64,000 nucleotides of DNA from Candidatus Latescibacterota bacterium (GTDB taxonomy: Bacteria; Latescibacterota; UBA2968; UBA8231), in assembly GCA_965200315.1 (NCBI GenBank), contig OZ241362.1:1504001-1568000 (forward strand). Reading direction: 5' to 3'. Below are positions 8,833 through 16,574 of the stretch, one piece after another. Under the pieces are notes generated by a model. It was not told the DNA's origin. It searched no databases and saw only the letters and a list, made by a program, of their open reading frames with translations. The position numbers and the translations under genes were made by a program. Numbering within the stretch: position 1 is the first letter of the stretch; each line of letters begins with the position of its first letter.

Positions 8833-10331
8833 GCTTGGCTGTCCTGCTCGCCGCACTATGGGCGATGTTGAGTGGTTGCGGCTTAGATCTCGCCCCGGAA
8901 AAAGAAAGCGACCGCTTGGTGCAGGCGGGGCGCAACTTCGCCGCAGAACACCGCTACGCCGAGGCGCACCACGCCTTTGAAGAAGCTCTAGCTCTAGACT
9001 CACTCGATGCCGCAGCGCACTGTGCATTGGGCGATCTCGCCGCTCGGCTTGGGCACGTTGAGCGGGCCGTCCAAGCCTACAAAGCCGCGATCGCAGCCGA
9101 CTCCACCTATCATCGCGCTCGGCATAATCTAGCGGTAATCGAAGCCGACCGGGGGCACCTGCCGCTGGCCATCGAGTTGCTCGAACGTATTCCGACCTAC
9201 GTTCCTGCCCTCCGCACCCTACCTCTCTTCTACGCCAAACAGGGGCACTACGACCTAGCCGAAAAAGGATTGCACACTGCACTAGAGGTAGGCAGGGAAG
9301 ACCTTGACGTGCGGCAACAACTCGGCCGACTCTATGTGCGTCAAGGACGCTACGACGAGGCCCGAGCCGCACTCGACTTAGCCCTCGCCCAAGACTCGAC
9401 CCTAGCCGAGAGTCATCGTCTGCTGGGTTTGTTGCACCTAGCCGAGCGGCGTTACCCAGCGGCACTGGCGACCTTTCGCCGTGCGCTCGCGCTCGACCCG
9501 CACTTAATCGAGGCTCACTACAATCTTTCTTCGGCACTTTTGGGATTGGGACAGCCAACTCAAGCGCAAGCGGCACTGGCGCGTTTTGAGACCCTCGCTG
9601 CCCACGCTGCTCAAATCGCGCACCTGCGTCGCCAGCTCGACACCGATCCCGACCATCGCGAGACTCGCTTGCAACTAGCCCATCACTATCGGAAACTGGG
9701 GAGGGACGACGACGCTCTCACCCACTATCGGGCCATATTACTGACTGACCCAGCCGACTTAGAGGCCCTAATTTCGCTAAGCGGGCTTTTGTCGGCGCGC
9801 GGAGAAGATCAAGAAGTGCTCGAACTATGCCGCCGAGGCATCTCTCAGCACCCAGAGGATGTGCGCACCAGCAAGCTCCATTTCACCCGTGGCTATGTCT
9901 ATATGCGGCACAGCCAGTACCAAGAGGCTCGCACGGCCTTTGAGCACGCACTGGCGCTAGATTCTTCCTCGGCTACAGCTTGGAACAACCTCGGTCACGT
10001 ACGACTAAGTTTGGGAGAGGAAGCGGCAGCGCAACGAGCACTGGAGGCGGCCATTGCCGCCGATTCAACGCTGGCCGATGCTCACTACAATCTCGGCAGT
10101 CTGTTCTTGCAAAAAGGGCAGCTAGCGCAAGCGCAACGAGCCTATCGGGCGGCGATTGTCGCCGATTCGACCTTTGCGCGGGCTTATTACGCGCTAGCAA
10201 CGGTGTACCAAGCCCAAGGCAAAATCTCGGAGGCACGCCGTTGCTACCAAACCTTTATCGACAAGTGGCAAGGCACCCCAGACTTCCTGCGCCAAGCCCG
10301 CGAACGGCTCGCCCAACTGCCGAGTCCCTGA
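8829..10331 (+). CDS. TPR-repeat lipoprotein
   Basis: LSGC lipobox, many TPR units, ATGA overlap with the upstream gene. Confidence 0.85.
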   Translation: MSLAVLLAALWAMLSGCGLDLAPEKESDRLVQAGRNFAAEHRYAEAHHAFEEALALDSLDAAAHCALGDLAARLGHVERAVQAYKAAIAADSTYHRARHNLAVIEADRGHLPLAIELLERIPTYVPALRTLPLFYAKQGHYDLAEKGLHTALEVGREDLDVRQQLGRLYVRQGRYDEARAALDLALAQDSTLAESHRLLGLLHLAERRYPAALATFRRALALDPHLIEAHYNLSSALLGLGQPTQAQAALARFETLAAHAAQIAHLRRQLDTDPDHRETRLQLAHHYRKLGRDDDALTHYRAILLTDPADLEALISLSGLLSARGEDQEVLELCRRGISQHPEDVRTSKLHFTRGYVYMRHSQYQEARTAFEHALALDSSSATAWNNLGHVRLSLGEEAAAQRALEAAIAADSTLADAHYNLGSLFLQKGQLAQAQRAYRAAIVADSTFARAYYALATVYQAQGKISEARRCYQTFIDKWQGTPDFLRQARERLAQLPSP

Positions 10332-10332
10332 T

Positions 10333-12054
10333 ATGTCCATACTAGTCCTTCTCATCTGCTTTCTCTGTCTGGCCTGTAACTCCACCGAAGACACCGCGCC
10401 ACCTGCGCCGTTGCAGCACGCCGCGCCCATAGCCTCGTCTCTCCGCTTTGTCGAAGTTGCGTCTGCCGTCGGCCTGACATGGCAGCACGAAAACGGCCGC
10501 AGTCCCCAGCGCTACTTCCCCGAGACCATGGGCGGTGGGGGTGCCTTCTTTGACTACGACGGCGATGGCGATCTGGATGTTTACGCTGTAAATGGTGCTT
10601 TTATCACTGCCGGTCCGCAGGATGCGGACCCTGTCAATAGACTCTTTCGCAACGATGGCCAGCGCTTTATCTCGGTCGCGGCCGGAGTCGCCCATCGAGG
10701 CGTTGGCATGGGGGTTGCCGCGGCCGACTACGACCGCGACGGCGACCTCGACCTCTATCTGACCAACTTTGGCCCCAACGCACTCTTTCGCAACGACGAC
10801 GGACACTTTGCCGAAATCGGACGGCAGACAGGCGTCGCCGATGCACACTGGGGCACCAGTTGCGCCTTTGCCGATTATGACCGCGACGGCGACCTCGACC
10901 TCTATGTCGCCAACTACGTGTCCTACGATCCAGCCGCAGCCCGCACCAACCAAGTGCCCTATATGGCCAGCTATGAAAGCTATGGCGGCCAAGCACCTGT
11001 CGGCTATCCGCATCCAGACAACTTCGCGGGGCAAGCCGATCTGCTCTACCGCAACGACGGCACAGGAGACTTTGTCGATGTCTCGGCCGGGGCGGGCATC
11101 GCCGATGCGAGCGGCAAGGGGCTAGGGGTGGTTTTTGGCGACTACGACAACGACGGTTGGCCCGACATCTATGTGGCCAACGATGCGGTGCGCAACTTTT
11201 TTTACCACAACAACCAAGACGGGACCTTTGCCGAACGAGCGGGACTAGCCGGGGTATCTTATGGCCAAGACGGACAAATGGAAGCGGGCATGGGGGTAGA
11301 TTGGGGGGATTACAACGGCGACGGTGTACTCGATTTGACGGTGACCAACTTCCAGGCCGAGCCCAACGCGCTCTATCGGGGCGAAGGGGGCTTCTTCTCG
11401 GTTGCGACCTTTGCCGCCGGGGTGGGCTTGCCGTCGCTGCCCTTGCTCGGATTTGGCACTCAGTTTTTCGACCCCGACCTCGATGGCGACCTCGACCTGT
11501 TTGCCGCCAACGGCCACGTCCTCGACAACGTTCGCGACATCGACCAATCCACCAGCTATGGACAGCGCAATTTGCTCTTCCGCAATGACGGCGGCCGCTT
11601 CGCCGAGGTTTCCGCAGCGGCCGGCCCCGGCTTCGCCTTAGAGCGAGTCAGCCGCGGCAGTGCCACCGGCGACTACGACAGCGACGGCGACCCCGATCTA
11701 CTGGTTTTTAATTCCGGGCAACCGCTCAGCTTGCTGCGCAACGACCACGGCGACGCCAATCACTGGATCACCATTCGGCTAGCGGGAGCCAACGGCAACC
11801 CAAACGGCATCGGTTCTCGCCTGACGGCGACTAGCGGCGACTTGGTCCAGACTAGGGAACTGCGCGGCAGCCGCTCGTACCTATCGCAAAGCCAGCTTCG
11901 CATCTGTTTGGGACTGGGCAAACGGCCGCAACTCGACTCGCTAGCAGTGCGCTGGCCTTCTGGCCGCGTGGAGCGATTCGGTCCCTTTGCAGTCAACCAA
12001 GCCATCACACTCGTCGAAGGCGAGGGTATTAGCGCGGCTTCTGACCCGCCCTAA
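10333..12054 (+). CDS. CRTAC1 family protein (FG-GAP/VCBS repeats plus ASPIC/UnbV domain), lipoprotein
   Basis: ETMGGG..FDYDGDGDLD, repeated DYD.DGDLDL, GSRSYLSQS...GLG...VRWPSG; CLAC lipobox. Confidence 0.9.
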   Translation: MSILVLLICFLCLACNSTEDTAPPAPLQHAAPIASSLRFVEVASAVGLTWQHENGRSPQRYFPETMGGGGAFFDYDGDGDLDVYAVNGAFITAGPQDADPVNRLFRNDGQRFISVAAGVAHRGVGMGVAAADYDRDGDLDLYLTNFGPNALFRNDDGHFAEIGRQTGVADAHWGTSCAFADYDRDGDLDLYVANYVSYDPAAARTNQVPYMASYESYGGQAPVGYPHPDNFAGQADLLYRNDGTGDFVDVSAGAGIADASGKGLGVVFGDYDNDGWPDIYVANDAVRNFFYHNNQDGTFAERAGLAGVSYGQDGQMEAGMGVDWGDYNGDGVLDLTVTNFQAEPNALYRGEGGFFSVATFAAGVGLPSLPLLGFGTQFFDPDLDGDLDLFAANGHVLDNVRDIDQSTSYGQRNLLFRNDGGRFAEVSAAAGPGFALERVSRGSATGDYDSDGDPDLLVFNSGQPLSLLRNDHGDANHWITIRLAGANGNPNGIGSRLTATSGDLVQTRELRGSRSYLSQSQLRICLGLGKRPQLDSLAVRWPSGRVERFGPFAVNQAITLVEGEGISAASDPP

Positions 12055-14047
12055 TCTGCGCGACGAGTGCCCGGCCGAACGCCTCTTGGCCCTGCTCGGC
12101 GGCTATTTCTACCGCATATCGCTCAGCGTCAGCCAAGCGGCCCGCAGTCATTAGTTCGGCGACGAGCAATTCTAGCAGATCCGTCGTGAACGTCTTGCGG
12201 ATGTTCGCGTCTTGCGCAGTGCGCTCTAGCGCTGCTAACGCCCTGATATGCTCTCCGAGCAAATGGTAGGTATAGCCGCGAATAAAATCCTGGAGTCCTA
12301 AAGAAAAGTCCGGGGCCGCGCTCAAAAAGCGCAAGCGGTCCAACAGGCCACTGAGCGCGGCGTGCTCAGCCGGACCAATAGGATTCCCCGCGAGTTGTCC
12401 ACAACGCACCTGGCGCAGCGTACTCCACAAATCGCCCCATATCGTATAAGGCTCCTCCAAACGGGCCGCACGATAATAGGCCCGTGCGCGATCGTACTCC
12501 TGAGCGGCGTAACATGCGTCAGCCACATTCAGCACCAATAGCTCCGGCCCCTCTCCCGTTTGCCAGCGTTCGACTCCGTTCTGCTCTCCGGCGCTTAGTT
12601 CGTCCCACAGGGCTACGGCCTGCTGACGCAAGGTCTGCACTCGATGCTCGTTCCCCGCATCCAAAGGCGGCGCGGCCAAGAGCCCGGCCATGGCCCGCAG
12701 CACGGCCAGCCGCTCAACGGGCAAATCACCGAGCCTACGGCCGTATTCGTCGGCTGTCGCCAACCGATCAGCAGCCCCGGGCGCGACCTTCCAAGGGGCC
12801 GGTGCTCCTTCCAGCGCAGCGACAATGGACCGGGCCAAGAGCACTTGGCCAGCCGCGGCCGGATGTAGGTGATCGGCCATCAGCTCCCAACCTACGCCGG
12901 CCGCCGGGCTGTGGCGGCGGAAGTGCGCCTCGACATCGGCGAGGAATACCTCTTCTTCGGCCGCGACTCGGCGCACGACTTCGTTTAAGGCTGCGGTTGC
13001 CCGCCAAGGCCGCGGATCCAACTCACGCGCCTGCACATAAGCCGCCCGTGCCCTATTCCCACGGCCCAACTGCTCTAAGTGATAACCGCGCAAGAAGTGC
13101 AAATAAGCGCCGTCTGCATAGAGCACCTCGGCCTGCGCCAAGGCCGCCAACGCGGTCAGCGACGCTTGCTTTCTATGGCCCTGCGCCAAAAAATCCATAT
13201 AGCGCGGGCGCACCTCATCTGGCAAAGGCGGCTCAATGTGCGCGGGCGCAAAACCGCGCTCGTTGCTGGTCACCGTACAGAGCACCAAGGGAATGCGCCG
13301 CGCTCGGCAAAAGGCCACCACATCGCGGATATTGGTCTCCAAATTGGCCGCTGCCTGCGCCCGCCGCGGATCGGACGCTGGGATTGCGCCGGCCTTAGAC
13401 ATCACCTCGATTAAGGGACCATCCGACCCCTCTTTTCCCAACGGCCCTATCAGCTTGCCAACCAAGGGCCTCAACCGCCATTGCACTAGCGCGTAGTGGA
13501 CCCGCTTCATCCACACGGCTTGCCCCCCTTGGGCCAATGAGGCCGCTCCATACACCCCGTATAGCTCGTTGTGTCCAGTATAGACTACGACCAAGTCCAC
13601 CCCGAGCGCGGCTGTGCCGTCTTCTACGGCGCGAGCCACGGCAAAGCTCGAAGCAGCGGTAATTCCGGCGTTAAAGACCTCAATTTGGCGCGTTGGGAAG
13701 AGGTCGCCGAGCATTTCTTGTAGATAAGACGGAGCCGATAAACGCTTGGGGTGGGGATAGCCCTGTACGGTCGAACCCCCGGCAAAAAGTACGCGCAACG
13801 CGCCCTCGGGCGCGGGTTCGATATAGGGCCTCGGGGTCATGCGGATGCCGCGCTGGATAGGCTCGGCCATGCCGGCAAAGAAGCGACGAGCATAGTCCGG
13901 GTTGACCGCGTGGAGTGCCCGGCCTTCAACGTGCGCTAGTTGGATGACAAACGCCGGCGGATCCAGTGCCGGAATCAGCCGCAACCCGCCTTCGATGAGC
14001 GCGACCAAACCCACGCCGAGCAGCAGTGCCGCGAGCCGACCACGCAT
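12029..14047 (-). CDS. Membrane-anchored SGNH/GDSL hydrolase-like protein with TPR-like segments
   Basis: Start moved to MRGRLAALLL (14047). Blocks GGSTVQG, NAG, YTGHNE and DHLHP. Confidence 0.75.
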   Translation of the reverse strand: MRGRLAALLLGVGLVALIEGGLRLIPALDPPAFVIQLAHVEGRALHAVNPDYARRFFAGMAEPIQRGIRMTPRPYIEPAPEGALRVLFAGGSTVQGYPHPKRLSAPSYLQEMLGDLFPTRQIEVFNAGITAASSFAVARAVEDGTAALGVDLVVVYTGHNELYGVYGAASLAQGGQAVWMKRVHYALVQWRLRPLVGKLIGPLGKEGSDGPLIEVMSKAGAIPASDPRRAQAAANLETNIRDVVAFCRARRIPLVLCTVTSNERGFAPAHIEPPLPDEVRPRYMDFLAQGHRKQASLTALAALAQAEVLYADGAYLHFLRGYHLEQLGRGNRARAAYVQARELDPRPWRATAALNEVVRRVAAEEEVFLADVEAHFRRHSPAAGVGWELMADHLHPAAAGQVLLARSIVAALEGAPAPWKVAPGAADRLATADEYGRRLGDLPVERLAVLRAMAGLLAAPPLDAGNEHRVQTLRQQAVALWDELSAGEQNGVERWQTGEGPELLVLNVADACYAAQEYDRARAYYRAARLEEPYTIWGDLWSTLRQVRCGQLAGNPIGPAEHAALSGLLDRLRFLSAAPDFSLGLQDFIRGYTYHLLGEHIRALAALERTAQDANIRKTFTTDLLELLVAELMTAGRLADAERYAVEIAAEQGQEAFGRALVAQIRAGQKPR

Positions 14048-14051
14048 GTTT

Positions 14052-15716
14052 TTAAGGAGTGGCGGCGTAGCGGGCGAGGGCGTCTTGGCGGATGTGTACC
14101 TCGCCTGCGTACGCTTGGCGCAGCGAGTCGAGAAACGCTTCGAAGAGCACGCCTTCACGGCGCTTGCGGATCTTGACGCGAATGGGCCGCTGCACCTGCT
14201 TAAAGGGCAGCAACGCCATCTCGTAAGGCTGGTCGAGGCGGAACACGCTGTATTTCTCTTGTACTTCCATCGGGCCTTGTAGGACCCCGACGTTTTTGGA
14301 ATTGCTGTCGCCAAAGAAGGTGCGGTACGGCGACTGATAGAGCGACTCTATGGTGACCCGACCGCTGTCGGCGAACGTGTGGCCACCTACCGGCTTCATG
14401 CTGGGCCGCACGGAGTGGCGCTGGGCCAACTCCGCTAGCCGCTCCCCGCGCGCTACCCGCGCGAGCATGTCTTCGGCCTCTGCGCGCGTATCGACTAGTA
14501 CCTCGGTCATTTCGATGACGCCGGGCAGAGAGCGGTAGGTATCGAGGTATTTTTCGTAATAGGCTCTAACTTCGGCGTCCGTCACCTCGACCCTACCCTC
14601 GACCTCGTCTAGGCGCAATTGGGACGCGAGAAGCTTCTGGTGCTTTTTCTTTTTCCACTCCACTAGGTCAACTCGCTGCTGCAGTCCCTGAGCGCGGGCT
14701 TCAAGGGCCAGCAGCGAATCGGGAAGAACCCACAACTCAAGCAAGTGGAAGACCGCTGCGCTATCAGGCGGCAGCGCACCTTTTTCCACATCGAGCAGCC
14801 CCTGCACGAAGTCGCCCACCTTGATCGCGCCGCCCGTGTATTCGACCAGCGGTGCCTGCGCTTGTGCTTGGTCCAGTCCACGGCGATGCAGTCCATCGAG
14901 CACAGCGTGGATGCGATCGAGGTGATAGCGCAGGTCGTGCGCCTCCTTGAGCGAATCTATGACTGCTTCGCGCCGACTCCCCCACTTGCGCTGACTCAAC
15001 TGCTTGGCGATATCGCCGCGCAATTTCTCAAAGGGGATGCGCCGCTTTTTGAGAACCTTAATCACCTCATATCCGTCAATCGTGCGGATCGGCTCGCTGA
15101 CTTGGCCTTCCTCCAAGTGGAAGGTGCCATCGCGCAGGCTGGATACGGCACCAGCTTGGTCAAAGAAAGCACCGAGATTGCCGCCTTTGTCTGCGTCTTC
15201 AGCCAAGGAACGTTCTCGTGCCAATTCGGAGAAGCTAGCCCCTGCATCCAGCAGGCGGATGATTTCGCGGGCGTCTTCTTCGCTCGCGGAGAGAATGTGA
15301 GCCGGCCAGATTTCCCAACCTAACGAGTCCTTTTCATAGATCGTACGAAGCTCCTCTTCGGTAATTGTGAGCTGGGCATCGACCATTTCGCGAGACAGCT
15401 CTTCAACTAAGCGCTTATTGACCATCTTGGAAAGCTCGTGTTTCAGGACAGGGAGCTGATCCAGTCCCCGCTTCCTAGCCTCGCGCAGCACGAGTTCCTT
15501 GTCCACCAAGCTCTGTAAATGCGCGTGGTGAGCAGCCACGCCCTCTTTCTTTGAGCGCAGATAGTCGGGTAACTTCTGCTCATAGCGGTCTAGGTCTAGG
15601 GTAGTGATGGCCTTCCCAACGACCGTGGCCAAAACTGTGGCTGAATCGATGGTTTCGTACTCTAGGCCACACCCTGCAAGCACTAGGAAGACAATTAAAA
15701 AATATCTCCACGACAT
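14052..15716 (-). CDS. PpiC/parvulin-type peptidyl-prolyl isomerase lipoprotein (PrsA/SurA-like), two rotamase-like domains
   Basis: Start moved to MSWRYFLIVFLVLAGC (15716). HIL...FSELARERS...KGGNLG...GQVSEPI..GYEVIK; a second, degenerate domain (ELAQRHS). Confidence 0.85.
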   Translation of the reverse strand: MSWRYFLIVFLVLAGCGLEYETIDSATVLATVVGKAITTLDLDRYEQKLPDYLRSKKEGVAAHHAHLQSLVDKELVLREARKRGLDQLPVLKHELSKMVNKRLVEELSREMVDAQLTITEEELRTIYEKDSLGWEIWPAHILSASEEDAREIIRLLDAGASFSELARERSLAEDADKGGNLGAFFDQAGAVSSLRDGTFHLEEGQVSEPIRTIDGYEVIKVLKKRRIPFEKLRGDIAKQLSQRKWGSRREAVIDSLKEAHDLRYHLDRIHAVLDGLHRRGLDQAQAQAPLVEYTGGAIKVGDFVQGLLDVEKGALPPDSAAVFHLLELWVLPDSLLALEARAQGLQQRVDLVEWKKKKHQKLLASQLRLDEVEGRVEVTDAEVRAYYEKYLDTYRSLPGVIEMTEVLVDTRAEAEDMLARVARGERLAELAQRHSVRPSMKPVGGHTFADSGRVTIESLYQSPYRTFFGDSNSKNVGVLQGPMEVQEKYSVFRLDQPYEMALLPFKQVQRPIRVKIRKRREGVLFEAFLDSLRQAYAGEVHIRQDALARYAATP

Positions 15717-15732
15717 ACTTCTCACCTGTGTA

Positions 15733-15772
15733 CAAAATCTGCGCGGTACCGCTCTCATCGCGGCACCGCGCA
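15733..15772 (-). terminator. GC-rich hairpin, probable intrinsic terminator or processing stem
   Basis: Minus strand TGCGCGGTGCCGC-loop-GCGGTACCGCGCA followed by GATTTTGT. Confidence 0.5.
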
Positions 15773-15801
15773 TCTGAGTGATATTAGCCAGTGATCCCGC
15801 G

Positions 15802-16560
15802 CTACTTGTTGGTCGCCACCTTGCGCCCGTCTGGATAGATGCGACCAATCTCCCGCTCAAAGTGCATTTCGACATCCACATCCTCAATCGAATCCCCCTT
15901 GTAGTCGAAGCGCACCACCACATCGGGAATATGGATGGTCAACTCATCGACGTCCGGTGCCAGTGGCTTGAAGACGAGATACCCTTCGTTCGTTTGGGCG
16001 CTGAACACTTCCTCATCGCGAAACATCGTACGCGCCAAGATGCCGTCGCGCTCCTGCCAGATGTAGCGAGCGTTGCCGGGCGTCCCCGGATCGTCGCCGC
16101 CAGTGCCGCTACCTACGTAGCGGCGATAGTATATTGAGAGTTGTTCGTGCCTCAGTGCGTAGTACTTGCGCCCGTTAGAGGTGGTTATATAGACCTTTTT
16201 GGGGTCGAGATAGACCTTGGGGTATTCGTAATTCAAAACGTACAGGCGAAAGACAGTGAAGCGCTGCGGGGTATCCCCAGTACGAAAGTACGTCGAGTTG
16301 CCAAAAGTGTAGGGGTTGCGCGACTCAGCTCCCTCGTTGGAGTACACGCTGAACTGGCGGTTCAACTCCGCGTCGATCATCGGCCGTAGACTAATTTCGA
16401 GCCGGGCCTGTCTATAAGACACGGTGCCGTCGTCGGCCACCGTCTTGTTAGCTCCTTGTTCGGACTCGCTCATCGGTTTGAGATCTTCGGCGTAGTAGCG
16501 ATAGGAGCAGCCTAGAAAAAGCAACCCGATCAAAAGCAGCGGTGTGAAACATTTCAGCAT
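15802..16560 (-). CDS. Uncharacterised lipoprotein, paralog of 282..1028
   Basis: Start moved to MLKCF (RBS AGGAGG); FLGC lipobox; shares motifs with the paralog. Confidence 0.8.
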   Translation of the reverse strand: MLKCFTPLLLIGLLFLGCSYRYYAEDLKPMSESEQGANKTVADDGTVSYRQARLEISLRPMIDAELNRQFSVYSNEGAESRNPYTFGNSTYFRTGDTPQRFTVFRLYVLNYEYPKVYLDPKKVYITTSNGRKYYALRHEQLSIYYRRYVGSGTGGDDPGTPGNARYIWQERDGILARTMFRDEEVFSAQTNEGYLVFKPLAPDVDELTIHIPDVVVRFDYKGDSIEDVDVEMHFEREIGRIYPDGRKVATNK

Positions 16561-16574
16561 GGGTAACCTCCTAC

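Noticed and set aside
14047-14314. ORF-track N-terminal extensions (also 15923, 26462, 33644, 34984, 38740, 45697, 49607, 49701, 58950, 58971)
   Set aside because: They overlap neighbouring genes or promoters. Downstream ATGs give better RBS, signal-peptide or family N-terminus matches.
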